A program made the position numbers and the translations under genes. Source: a virus. From it: a DNA stretch of 64,000 nucleotides. The notes below the pieces were generated by a model. The model worked only from the letters and a program-made list of their open reading frames with translations, had not been told where the DNA came from and did not search any database. The first letter of the stretch is position 1, and each line of letters begins with the position of its first letter. This document shows, piece by piece, positions 1-9,606 of the stretch. The stretch lies in IMG/VR virus record IMGVR_UViG_3300005676_000004; one strand, written 5' to 3'.

Positions 1-150
1 TTAATTACGATCTATAACGGAGCTACATTTAACAATGTAGTAATTAATGCTAGTACATGGGGTCTTGACGTCGGAGGAAACTTCACAATCTCCCCTGGCC
101 AAGGCAAGACGCTCTGGTACAGTGGTGCGAATTGGGTGATTATTAACTAA
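1..150 (+). CDS. C-terminal end of a probable virion fibre/structural protein (partial)
   Basis: Frame 1 is open to TAA at 148-150: ...FTISPGQGKTLWYSGANWVIIN*, a beta-rich ending typical of fibre proteins. Confidence 0.5.
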   Translation, partial: LITIYNGATFNNVVINASTWGLDVGGNFTISPGQGKTLWYSGANWVIIN

Positions 151-246
151 TCATCGTTGATAGTTTGTAACCAAGTGGGGTAGTTGATTGTTATACAACA
201 GTTAACTACCCTTGTTCTTTTAGGGGTGGTAATAGTACCACTAGCA

Positions 247-254
247 TATTTATA
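247..254 (+). promoter_or_regulatory. Putative late-promoter motif TATTTATA
   Basis: Same TATTTAT(A) motif lies upstream of the genes at 4840, 10776(-), 44781(-) and 45407. Confidence 0.55.
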
Positions 255-345
255 GTATGTACCGAGCTTACATGCTTGGTACACTTTTAAGTTTTGTAAA
301 ATCATTTACAGTAGTTCTACGGATAGTTTCCAAGGAGTTTGTCGT

Positions 346-3300
346 ATGTACAATACATTTTTCAAGAATATCTTATTAGCGTTATCAGTGTTGGTTGGGA
401 TAACAACCGCAGATGCGCAGACGTATCGGCGTATAGACCTCACGGAAGGTCGTCGGTATATGGTGGCATTCCCCAAGGTATGGGCTAGCAACACTGAGCT
501 GCCACTTCCTCAGCCTATGCAGTTGCTTATTTCATCCAAGGTACGAGCGAAGGTACGGATATTCACGCCCGCTGTTATCAATGACGCTGGTGGAATTGAT
601 CGCGAAATAATCGTAGAACCTAATAAGACAGCAAAAGTTCCAGTCTCTATATCGTATCTCCCGCAACCGGATGAGTCTGAGCGTCGTTTAGGATATGGTA
701 TCCAAGTAACTAGTGATAAACCAATATCAGTTACTACCTACCAAGCGTGGATGGGTAACGGAGAATATGCAAGACACCTTCCAGTTGCATCTTGGGGTAA
801 GACATATTATTCAATGAACTTCTATCAAGATCGTTACGGTACTGGTTCTCCATATAAAGAACGTCCTAGTCAAATCATTGTCATCGCTGATAAAGACAAT
901 ACAGTAGTAACGTATACACCAACCGTTGGTACACAAGGTGGTATAGATGCACCAGCGACTCCAAAGAATTCATCAAGGACAGTAACACTACAGCGTGGTG
1001 AAATCTTCGTCATTAATGACAAAATTATTTCATCACAGATAAAAGAATTTACCACTGACTTGTCGGGTACATACATCCGAGCGTCTAAACCAATTGGCAT
1101 TGTCACGGGACACACTAAAGTAGCAATTATGAGGTATCCCGACGTATTACCTCCTACTGGTGGTTTTATGACGGAAGCACATTTCGTGCGTAATAACGTT
1201 CATGATGCTCAGATACCAAACGAGATGGCAGGGACGCGTTTTGTTACTGTACCAGTGATGTATACTGACAGCCGTGTTACTGGTATAGGTGCACAACAAT
1301 TTGGCATAGATGATGACCGTGGAGATGTGGTTCGTATTGTTGCAACTGAAGATGATACACGTATTACCGCACAACGAACTGATGGTAGCGGTATGAAGCC
1401 AGTTGCTCTTCTTCGTAAGAAGGGGGATTCGTATTTAGAGGTGTCCTTAGAGACGGCAACCTATTGGGAAGCTGACAAGCCAGTTCTCATAGGACAATAT
1501 GGTAAATCATATGCAAAGATAATACCTCCCGTCTTTGGCGTCGAGGATCGTAAGAAAACGATTTGGGATGTTCCGCAAGGACACCCAACAGTTGAGGCTG
1601 GTATGCCAATGTTACAATATATACCGCCTATCAACAGATGGGTTACCTACGGTGCATTCAATTCACCAGATCAGATGGATAACTTCTTTAACATTGTCTT
1701 TAACACTGGCGATCAGACTCGAATCAAATTTGATGGTCGTTTTATCGGAAGCATCTTTGGTGGGGCAATTAAACAGTTAGCAGGAACTCCGTACTCTTTC
1801 ATACGAGCTAGGATTCCGTCTGGAGATCATACTGTAGAATCTTCCGATGAATCTGTTAAATGGTCAGCATGGAATTATGGTTCGTTTGATGGCTTGCAAC
1901 AAGGCAGAGCGTATGGTACACCCATAGCAATTGATTTAGCACTGCCATGCGACGATACCATCCTCGTTGAAATTGATTCAACATGTGGTGACTGGAATGG
2001 TACAGTACGAATACAGTCAACTACTCCTGGATGTGCAAGTCTATTTGATATATTTTTAGATGATGAAGTTAATGCTACGTTGGCGTACAATGAAGATACA
2101 CAACCAACCCCACAAGGCGTTAGCGTTCCATTCGTAATTACAGTCGTTGACAAGACAAAGGCAGCATCAGGAACGTTATACGTGACCTCTAGGTCAGGCC
2201 TTCAATACAGCATACCATTTGAATATAAGCCAAATGCAATCTCTATAATTCCAGAGTTAATTGACTTTGGAGTAGTAGCGAAGGATCAACAAGTATGTAA
2301 GTCGTTGTTCATAACAAACAATGGTAATAAAGAGTTTTACATATCATCTATTCGCGCAAAGTCAAGTCCACAACTCATCAGTATAACCCCAAATCAAGTT
2401 CGTATACAACCAGATCAAACTGTAGAGTTTCAAGTATGTATAACCGGAACATTTAATGGGTCAGTTGTTGACACTGCGGTAATCTCGTATGCGGCATTCA
2501 TTGAAGATCAATTCTGTTATGAAGTGTCTCCAATTGAAATTCGAGCGCGTGTTGATGAGCCAGACTTCTTTGCGGGAGATCAAGATTGGGGTATAATTGG
2601 AAAGAACCAACGTGCTACGAAGACAATAACTCTCTTGAATGCTGGTAATGCTGACGTGGAAGTTTATGACTACAATCCAAAGTTGTCTGGGCCTAACTTC
2701 TCAAATCTCGTCGTTAACCTACCACTGCGGATAGCTAAGGGTGAGCGCGTCATCCTAAATGTAGACTATACTCCAAACGGAGAAGTTGGCGTAACGCACA
2801 CTCAACGAATTGATTGGGTAACAAATGCTACAAAAACAAAACTGTACTCAGACTTAAAAGGTCAAGGTGCTGACGCTGCACTTGAGATTACAAATTTAAC
2901 GTGGCTTGAGCGCGTCATAGATCAATGGCAGCGTGATCAAGGTATTAATGAATACGTAGATACGATATTCATCTCCAACGTTGGCTTGCGGAAGGCACTA
3001 ATTTCATCAATTACCATAGAAGGTCAAGACGCATCAAATTTCAGGATTGTTGATCAGTCGGGTGTTATAATGAACTCTGACGGTGGTATATCTAACATGC
3101 CGCTACTAGTTTCTTTTATACCTACAGAAATTCCTAATACTAGAGATGCAGAACGTTCATACAGAGCCAACGTTGTGATCAACTATAGTGTTGATGGTGA
3201 CGCTGCAACTGTTACGGGTGAGCTTAGCGGTACGGCTACACAACCTAGGCCATCTGCTACTGGATATAACTTCGGTACGATTTCAGTTAACGGTGTTGGT

Positions 3301-4749
3301 GCTGGAAATGTATTTATCTATAACGTTGACTCGGTGTTAACGAATGTGTTAACAAACAATGCCGACGGTACTATGGACATGCAACTGTTTGAGTTGACTA
3401 TTCCCGACAATACACCGTTTGTATGGGCTAGGTCTAACAGCAAAGTTCTCACGTATACACCACCAATAAATGTCCGCCCTGGTGACGCGTACTATGCCAT
3501 GGAAGGTGTGCGTTTTGAACCTACTACTGTTGGATCGTTTACTACACAATATGATATAAAGTACAATGGTCATGTAGTTGTACGTCCAACGTTGACAGGT
3601 GTGGCTGAGCAAACTATTCAGTTATCAGTTACAAACCTCCATCTTCTACAATGGATCAATCATTCTGTTGACGGTTTCTTTGAAGCATCATTGACTGCGG
3701 ATGGTGTAATTTCGGTAGATGATCCGTCGTCTGGTGACGCATTGAACTTCTCAATAGTCGGGTGGTCTACCGATGGTGGTACAACCATTAATCCTAACTA
3801 CCAGCAAATTCAATTGTCGGCGAACCAAGTGGCTAGAATTTATGTCCGATTTACACCTTCAATGGTAACGTCAGCAGGACTTAAAGCTGGCCAGTCCTTA
3901 AATGGAAGGCTTCCATATCGAGATGCAACATTTATGACGTCAGTTAAAGTACGTGAGCTACAATCTGGATTAACGGCGGATGCAGCAATCACAGGCGACG
4001 GAAAGTATCTTGAGACAACAGTGTACATTCCGGACTACACTAACGTAGGACTTGGTAAAGAGCATGTTGTCTACACATACTTACGTCCTACGCCGGAGCC
4101 AGTGGCAGAAGGTAAAATTCGTCAATTCAGAGCACGTCTATCATTTGATAATCGGATGCTGTATCCGTTGGGGGTTGTTCAACAAGGAACACAAACTGAT
4201 GGATGGCGAGTTGTATCGTACACTGTAATCGGTGGTAATATGATAGAGCTTGATATGAAGAGCGACAATCCAGTGAATGTTCTCGTGGATAATCCAGTAC
4301 CAATTTTTGGTATCAAATATCAGACGCTTATGGCACGTTCAACGTCAACGCCGCTTCCGATCCAATTGTATTGGGTCGACCTTGAGCAAAAGTTTGATGA
4401 GGATAGATTGTATACCGTCTTCAACTACGAGCCAGGAAGTATTAATGTCTTGACTCCATGTACCGGAACTATGCGTCTAGTCAACATGTTCTCCACGACG
4501 TCATATATACGAGTTCCAAATCCAGTAGTAGACGACAACATCTTAACGGTTAATTATGGAGTTCCAGTACCTTCAACCGTGTCCATGACGTTAACTTCAT
4601 ATGATGGTAAGCAAGTTTCACTTGTCAACGGCAAGCAATCAAATGGAGAGTATTCCTTAGAGTATGACATGAATACTCTTCCAACGGGAGTATACTTCGT
4701 ACGCTATAGTCACCTTCCAGATAACGTCATCCAGATCATAAAGCGATAA
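346..4749 (+). CDS. Secreted IgGFc-binding-domain / Ig-like repeat protein with T9SS type-A C-terminal sorting domain
   Basis: Signal peptide (..LVGITTADA-Q); IgGFc-binding-like N-terminus (GIQVTSDKPISV, LPVASWGKTYY); several ASH/choice-of-anchor-D-like Ig repeats (IDFG..ITNNG, DWG..LLNAGN); cohesin-like block; CTD-like end (VPNP..VNY..LTSYDGKQV..LPTGVYFVRY). Confidence 0.85.
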   Translation: MYNTFFKNILLALSVLVGITTADAQTYRRIDLTEGRRYMVAFPKVWASNTELPLPQPMQLLISSKVRAKVRIFTPAVINDAGGIDREIIVEPNKTAKVPVSISYLPQPDESERRLGYGIQVTSDKPISVTTYQAWMGNGEYARHLPVASWGKTYYSMNFYQDRYGTGSPYKERPSQIIVIADKDNTVVTYTPTVGTQGGIDAPATPKNSSRTVTLQRGEIFVINDKIISSQIKEFTTDLSGTYIRASKPIGIVTGHTKVAIMRYPDVLPPTGGFMTEAHFVRNNVHDAQIPNEMAGTRFVTVPVMYTDSRVTGIGAQQFGIDDDRGDVVRIVATEDDTRITAQRTDGSGMKPVALLRKKGDSYLEVSLETATYWEADKPVLIGQYGKSYAKIIPPVFGVEDRKKTIWDVPQGHPTVEAGMPMLQYIPPINRWVTYGAFNSPDQMDNFFNIVFNTGDQTRIKFDGRFIGSIFGGAIKQLAGTPYSFIRARIPSGDHTVESSDESVKWSAWNYGSFDGLQQGRAYGTPIAIDLALPCDDTILVEIDSTCGDWNGTVRIQSTTPGCASLFDIFLDDEVNATLAYNEDTQPTPQGVSVPFVITVVDKTKAASGTLYVTSRSGLQYSIPFEYKPNAISIIPELIDFGVVAKDQQVCKSLFITNNGNKEFYISSIRAKSSPQLISITPNQVRIQPDQTVEFQVCITGTFNGSVVDTAVISYAAFIEDQFCYEVSPIEIRARVDEPDFFAGDQDWGIIGKNQRATKTITLLNAGNADVEVYDYNPKLSGPNFSNLVVNLPLRIAKGERVILNVDYTPNGEVGVTHTQRIDWVTNATKTKLYSDLKGQGADAALEITNLTWLERVIDQWQRDQGINEYVDTIFISNVGLRKALISSITIEGQDASNFRIVDQSGVIMNSDGGISNMPLLVSFIPTEIPNTRDAERSYRANVVINYSVDGDAATVTGELSGTATQPRPSATGYNFGTISVNGVGAGNVFIYNVDSVLTNVLTNNADGTMDMQLFELTIPDNTPFVWARSNSKVLTYTPPINVRPGDAYYAMEGVRFEPTTVGSFTTQYDIKYNGHVVVRPTLTGVAEQTIQLSVTNLHLLQWINHSVDGFFEASLTADGVISVDDPSSGDALNFSIVGWSTDGGTTINPNYQQIQLSANQVARIYVRFTPSMVTSAGLKAGQSLNGRLPYRDATFMTSVKVRELQSGLTADAAITGDGKYLETTVYIPDYTNVGLGKEHVVYTYLRPTPEPVAEGKIRQFRARLSFDNRMLYPLGVVQQGTQTDGWRVVSYTVIGGNMIELDMKSDNPVNVLVDNPVPIFGIKYQTLMARSTSTPLPIQLYWVDLEQKFDEDRLYTVFNYEPGSINVLTPCTGTMRLVNMFSTTSYIRVPNPVVDDNILTVNYGVPVPSTVSMTLTSYDGKQVSLVNGKQSNGEYSLEYDMNTLPTGVYFVRYSHLPDNVIQIIKR

Positions 4750-4761
4750 CGTAAAAATTTA

Positions 4762-4798
4762 ACAGGGGGCAGTGAGTAGAAATATTCGCTGCCCCTGT
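4762..4798 (+). terminator. GC-rich hairpin with GAAA loop after the T9SS-cargo gene
   Basis: ACAGGGGGCAGTGAGTA-GAAA-TATTCGCTGCCCCTGT; U-tract is weak. Confidence 0.55.
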
Positions 4799-4801
4799 CC
4801 T

Positions 4802-4809
4802 TATTTATA
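4802..4809 (+). promoter_or_regulatory. Putative late-promoter motif TATTTATA
   Basis: About 30 nt upstream of the GH19 start. Confidence 0.55.
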
Positions 4810-4839
4810 GGTAAGAGATGTTACACAAATTGAGAGACA

Positions 4840-5445
4840 ATGGTGAATATAAATTCATTGAACGGAATCATACCGTCGCACGTTTTAGCGGAGTTACCAT
4901 CCGTAATTGATAAGTTTCACATTAACACCCCCCTTCGCTTAGCACACTTCTTAGCTCAGTGTGCTCACGAGAGTGGTGGTTTTAAGCATGTCAGTGAAAA
5001 CTTAAATTACTCCGCCGATGGGTTACGTCGGGTATTCGCTAAATACTTCAAGCAAGGTGGGCTAGCGGAATCGTATGCTAGGAAGCCTGAGCTTATAGCT
5101 AGTAGAGTATATGCTAACCGTATGGGCAACGGAGATGAGGCTTCGCGTGATGGTTGGAAATTCCGTGGTAGAGGGTTTATTCAACTCACGGGAAAGAACA
5201 ACTATTCTGCATTTAACGACTTCGTCGATGACGACGTTGTATCTAATCCCGATCTCGTCGCTTCAAAGTATCCATTGACTTCCGCCGGATGGTTCTTCTA
5301 CAAGGCTGGGCTGAATGCTATCGCAGATAGAGGGTCTTCCGACGCAGTGGTCACTAACGTGACCCGTCGTGTTAATGGTGGTACGCATGGGCTTGCCGAT
5401 CGTATCAAGTATTTCAAACGGTATTATCCAATCCTAAACTCATAG
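4840..5445 (+). CDS. Glycoside hydrolase family 19 protein, probable endolysin
   Basis: FLAQCAHESGGF, FRGRGFIQLTGKNNY and TRRVNGGTHGL motifs. Confidence 0.9.
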   Translation: MVNINSLNGIIPSHVLAELPSVIDKFHINTPLRLAHFLAQCAHESGGFKHVSENLNYSADGLRRVFAKYFKQGGLAESYARKPELIASRVYANRMGNGDEASRDGWKFRGRGFIQLTGKNNYSAFNDFVDDDVVSNPDLVASKYPLTSAGWFFYKAGLNAIADRGSSDAVVTNVTRRVNGGTHGLADRIKYFKRYYPILNS

Positions 5446-5455
5446 AGAGATTATA

Positions 5456-5794
5456 GTGCTAAACAGTTTTTGGAGTTCGCTAGGTGGTAGTCTTGAAGAC
5501 TTAAATTATGTCGTTCGAGAAGATGTTGATGAAGTTACATCTGACCTAGAAGAGAACAACATTCGCACTATGACTATGATCGATCGTCTCATAGAACGGA
5601 TTAACACGTTATCGCTACGGCACAGTGACTTTGACATCTTTGAAATGAAGACTAGTATCTACGTCTTGACGTGGATAGCACACAGACTATCTATTGATCC
5701 GCGTAACCAATTATCAGATGATGGCTACGAGTATATACAAGAGTTATCTCTACGTTTCACTAGAAAATTAGAGGAACTTCAAAAGGGAAGTTAA
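5456..5794 (+). CDS. Hypothetical protein
   Basis: 112-aa ORF directly after the lysin; converges on the next gene. Confidence 0.6.
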   Translation: MLNSFWSSLGGSLEDLNYVVREDVDEVTSDLEENNIRTMTMIDRLIERINTLSLRHSDFDIFEMKTSIYVLTWIAHRLSIDPRNQLSDDGYEYIQELSLRFTRKLEELQKGS

Positions 5795-6631
5795 CCCATA
5801 CGAAGAGACTTCAGATTGTAACGGTATTACATTGCCCCAATATTGCTCAAAGTGGTATTGGGGCATATTTTCTTGTGGGACTTGTGAAGACGGTCTAATC
5901 CAGTACGTTGTAACACCTAAGTTGTCAGTGGAGATTGGTGTCGTCCCGACGAAGAAGAACTGTTTATTTAAGTCCTTCGCTACTTGGTCAAACAGGAAGT
6001 GATCAGACACTATGAATGAGCTGTCTTTAAGTGTGCTGTAAAATTCTGTTATTCCTGCGTAAATTCCTTCTGGGTTAAAGACGATAACTTCCCCACGCTT
6101 TGCCGTCTGCTTTACCGAGGAAATTACAGAATCTCGTATAGGACTGTTTACACATACTAGTATCTTTTTCTCATTATTACTTTGAGATTTCTCTACACGA
6201 AGCCGTCGAACGTGGTGGGTGACTGGCGAATCTATGAGTGTTATTGGTGCATCTATACCTTCCGCCGTTAACATACCCTTTGCACTTACAGAGGACACCG
6301 CATGGATAGTTGCCATAGTTGATATAGTCTTCAGAAGAGAGCTGCTGAGTGGAGAGTCTTCTTCGCTTATGCTCCGCAAATGGCCTTCTAACACGATGAC
6401 GTTAATCCCCATGTCTCGCATCATAATTGATACTAAGAGCTTTGTCTCCGAGTAGCCATATAGTATGCAATGTGTGATGGCTGGTAACGTTGAAATCTCA
6501 ACAAAGACTTCTGATACTCTCTTGTCTTGAAGGTCGACAAGGCGATAGTCTTTACCTCTACGCTCTAGTTCTTTAATAATTGGATAATACATTACATAAT
6601 CAATATGATCGTCTTGCACAAATAACGTCAT
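5768..6631 (-). CDS. Degenerate UDP-N-acetylglucosamine 2-epimerase-like (GT-B fold) protein
   Basis: VIVLEGHLRS resembles the HVEAGLRS motif; ..IHAVSS..AKGML..EG and FYSTLKDSSFIVSD resemble the family pattern; catalytic residues look altered. Confidence 0.55.
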   Translation of the reverse strand: MTLFVQDDHIDYVMYYPIIKELERRGKDYRLVDLQDKRVSEVFVEISTLPAITHCILYGYSETKLLVSIMMRDMGINVIVLEGHLRSISEEDSPLSSSLLKTISTMATIHAVSSVSAKGMLTAEGIDAPITLIDSPVTHHVRRLRVEKSQSNNEKKILVCVNSPIRDSVISSVKQTAKRGEVIVFNPEGIYAGITEFYSTLKDSSFIVSDHFLFDQVAKDLNKQFFFVGTTPISTDNLGVTTYWIRPSSQVPQENMPQYHFEQYWGNVIPLQSEVSSYGLTSLLKFL

Positions 6632-6646
6632 GAAATATCTCTCGTG

Positions 6647-7561
6647 TTAAACTCGTATAGGAATATCTTTTGCGATGGGTAAGCATGAAAATATATGAGC
6701 GAGGACGTCTACAGTCCATCCATTTCCTAACATCTTTCTAGCTTGTGTTTCGGATACTACCCCATCAAAATAAGTATCTGGAACAGTTTGTAATCTACAA
6801 TATTCTTTCAATGTGTAATATCTAAACGGTAACTTATTTCCAAAGGGATCGGTATACCTTCCAGGCGGCAGTGGGCTTAACACATTATCTTTGTCTACCG
6901 TTGTTAGGCAATTGCTTTTATCAGTATTGGTTGTGCGAACTTCTAGACATTGAACTAGTGGTATGTTTTTATTGTAGTCGTCTCGTACTCCACGTTCATT
7001 TATACGTCTTCCAACTATAACACCTTTATTCATTTTTGTCTCACTAGGTTCTAAAATATCTGATAATAAAATATTGCTATCGGGCGGTTGGCTTACTGAA
7101 AAATTAGTCCAATAGAGACGTTTTCTCTGCTGTGCCGACACTAAGGAGCTATTAATTTCAATTGGGGCGACACCTAGATAGTTGCTAATGATGTCTATGA
7201 ACTCTTGTTTCATGACAACATTTTCAAGTAACCAAAATGAAGGTTGGCATTCGCGAAGTATTCTGACAAACTCAAAGAAAAGGGCACTGCGATGGTCGTC
7301 AAAGTTCAATTGCTTTCCGGCGAACGAAAACCCTTGACATGGACTGCCGCCTATCAGCAGATCAATCTTAGGTAAATCTAGGGGGTTGATCGTTGTAACA
7401 TCACCGAGTTGCACGGTATCGGGAAAATGATGCTGAGTTAAACGTATGGCATGTCTATCAATTTCGCTAGCAAAATATGTGGAGTAGTTTATACCACTGC
7501 GCTGAAGTGCTAGCTGTCCACAACTCATTCCGTCAAATAAGCTCAGTACTGTTAAACCCAT
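6647..7561 (-). CDS. DNA (cytosine-5)-methyltransferase
   Basis: Motif I LSLFDGMSCG, motif IV GGSPCQGFS, motif VI LENV, motif VIII QQRKRLYW, motif X LGNGWTV. Confidence 0.92.
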   Translation of the reverse strand: MGLTVLSLFDGMSCGQLALQRSGINYSTYFASEIDRHAIRLTQHHFPDTVQLGDVTTINPLDLPKIDLLIGGSPCQGFSFAGKQLNFDDHRSALFFEFVRILRECQPSFWLLENVVMKQEFIDIISNYLGVAPIEINSSLVSAQQRKRLYWTNFSVSQPPDSNILLSDILEPSETKMNKGVIVGRRINERGVRDDYNKNIPLVQCLEVRTTNTDKSNCLTTVDKDNVLSPLPPGRYTDPFGNKLPFRYYTLKEYCRLQTVPDTYFDGVVSETQARKMLGNGWTVDVLAHIFSCLPIAKDIPIRV

Positions 7562-8105
7562 GGAGCACGTCCGTAATAAATTGATTTACATGTTCTTGTG
7601 GCATCTCGCCTAAATCTTTGTATGGAGCTGGAACTTGAACTGCTGTGTGGCCAACCTTTGCTAGCAATTTTCCTGCGTTGTCATTGTCACACATTACTAT
7701 GATGTGTTGAGGTAGTAACTTGAACCATCGTAGAGCATCCTTGTTCACAGTACTCGTTAACGTCGCAATCGCTGGATAGCCAGCATTGTGAATCTTTATG
7801 CAGTCAAAAATCCCTTCGGTCACAAACAGATATTTAGAATGAATATCGTATGTATTTACACCGTAGAAACCATAAGACTTCGGTGCTACTCTAGTAATGT
7901 AACGTTGTTTTTCTTCTATAATGTAATCTTGATGTTTCGGAGCTGGCCTCTGTTTCGTTCCAGAAGGATTGTATCGCTGATACCCCATAAGTTTACCAGA
8001 GAGGTTAAACAGTGGAAAGTATGCAACTGTATACTGATCATCAAAGAGTAAGTGTGTCGTGCGGTAATCTACACCACGCTCCCGCAAGTGGTCTATGAGT
8101 GTCAT
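7533..8105 (-). CDS. Small TOPRIM-domain DNA primase-like protein
   Basis: LFVTEGIFD, MCDNDNAG and KDLGEM motifs; no zinc-binding domain; 190 aa. Confidence 0.8.
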   Translation of the reverse strand: MTLIDHLRERGVDYRTTHLLFDDQYTVAYFPLFNLSGKLMGYQRYNPSGTKQRPAPKHQDYIIEEKQRYITRVAPKSYGFYGVNTYDIHSKYLFVTEGIFDCIKIHNAGYPAIATLTSTVNKDALRWFKLLPQHIIVMCDNDNAGKLLAKVGHTAVQVPAPYKDLGEMPQEHVNQFITDVLHGFNSTELI

Positions 8106-8140
8106 GGCTTTTCAAAACATAGTGTTGTGTCGGTTTAGAT

Positions 8141-8173
8141 GCAATATACGAAAAACTCATTAGTGAGTTACAC
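8141..8173 (-). promoter_or_regulatory. Early promoter GTGTAAC-N18-TATATTGC
   Basis: Same boxes, spacing and downstream leader (ATCTAAACC..) at 50071-50103 and 50565-50597. Confidence 0.7.
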
Positions 8174-8225
8174 ATTCCCGTAGAAGACTACAAGTCGTTA
8201 TATACCAACGACTTAACTGCATATC

Positions 8226-8552
8226 TTATTTAGTATCTGTCGCCGCTGTTACCATCTCACGTATTGCAAGCAACACCGAGTTGGAGTACTCCTTGGATAC
8301 ATACAGATGTATAGTGCTCTGTGTTGGGTCGGTTGAAGATACTATAACCTTCATTCCTGATGAAGCATCTGGATGGCCTTTATAGAGACAACTGCGCAGT
8401 TTTTTAGCAGTCAACATATCTCGTAATTGCTTTAGAAACGATTCCGGTATGCAAATGAGATCGTACTTGCCAGCGTGATGGTCCACGTATATACCAAATT
8501 GTTCTAGGTCAATAGCTTCACCTAAGAGATTTTTAAGTTTAATTGGTTTCAT
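8226..8552 (-). CDS. Hypothetical protein with MKPIKLKNLLGE N-terminal motif (putative head-packaged protein)
   Basis: N-terminus shared with 8539-9594; start re-called to ATG 8552. Confidence 0.65.
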   Translation of the reverse strand: MKPIKLKNLLGEAIDLEQFGIYVDHHAGKYDLICIPESFLKQLRDMLTAKKLRSCLYKGHPDASSGMKVIVSSTDPTQSTIHLYVSKEYSNSVLLAIREMVTAATDTK

Positions 8553-9594
8553 GTTCGTCATCCTCATTAGCTGGTACATTTAGTGAAAATACCTTTCTAT
8601 ATTGATTGTAATTTGCCACAACCCACTTCATTACTTCATCAAGAGGACCCTTCTTTAATGTCTTCTTTCCACCTCGCACTATTGCATTATTTTCATCAAG
8701 CCAATCAATTGGTACAAAGTCTTTTGCCGTTGGAGATGAAAATACAGTCTGCATTTCACGATCTGCATAGTGATACATCGTGATGCCGCTTGCACGGAAC
8801 ATCACTGCCGAATATCCATACCTCCAGAACTTATCTGGCTCTTTTAAGAGATAATCCACCGTATATGCAAAGTGGTACTTATTCTTAGCGTCTTCTCCTG
8901 GAATCATGTCGTAGAAACCAGTAGACCAGCTTACAAACATAGGATCGCCGACTCCCCTCTTAAAGCCGCTTTTTATTATTTGATCCCGATTATCCTCTCC
9001 CGTAAAGTGTATCATCCACGTGTTTCTTTCAACTGTTGGATCAGTTAGCCAAAACCAAGATGGAAACACTGCATTTAACTCCGGAGGTTCTCCATCTTCA
9101 ACGGATTTAACTATAGCTTCTGCGAAATATCTCACCTCGTCAGCAGCATCATCTAATGTATCTATGTTGCCAGAATGCATTATGATTTCACGGAATATAT
9201 TCTCTTCAACGAATGTCCGTATCTCCTTAGGAATGTCTTTAGGCACTGCATTAGAGTTTTGCGCACTAAACCAGTACTCATAATACATTTCTTCTTCATT
9301 GCTGGCGATCAGTGTATCAGCTTCCTCAGAATCTTCATCCATATCTGGCTCGTCGTCTCGTAGTCTCTCAATCGCTAAGTCTCTAATCATACTTTGAAAC
9401 TCGTCAAAACCAGTTAGCTGGTCATATTCAAGCATCCATTTACCAACTGTGGTAAACGTGATAATAGCTTCCCATAAGCTAGCAATTTTCTCTTCATACG
9501 AATAGTTGAGAATACTACTAAGTTCTGCTACGTGTTTAGTAGTAAACTCGGTGATAATATTTTCTGCTATATTTTTAAGTTTTATGGGTTTCAT
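8539..9594 (-). CDS. Putative virion-internal protein with possible ADP-ribosyltransferase-like C-terminal domain
   Basis: MKPIKLKNIAE N-terminus; acidic middle; WMIHFTG..IIKSGFKRG...YG..HYADREMQTVF. Confidence 0.5.
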   Translation of the reverse strand: MKPIKLKNIAENIITEFTTKHVAELSSILNYSYEEKIASLWEAIITFTTVGKWMLEYDQLTGFDEFQSMIRDLAIERLRDDEPDMDEDSEEADTLIASNEEEMYYEYWFSAQNSNAVPKDIPKEIRTFVEENIFREIIMHSGNIDTLDDAADEVRYFAEAIVKSVEDGEPPELNAVFPSWFWLTDPTVERNTWMIHFTGEDNRDQIIKSGFKRGVGDPMFVSWSTGFYDMIPGEDAKNKYHFAYTVDYLLKEPDKFWRYGYSAVMFRASGITMYHYADREMQTVFSSPTAKDFVPIDWLDENNAIVRGGKKTLKKGPLDEVMKWVVANYNQYRKVFSLNVPANEDDEHETN

Positions 9595-9606
9595 AGAGTT
9601 ACAGTG

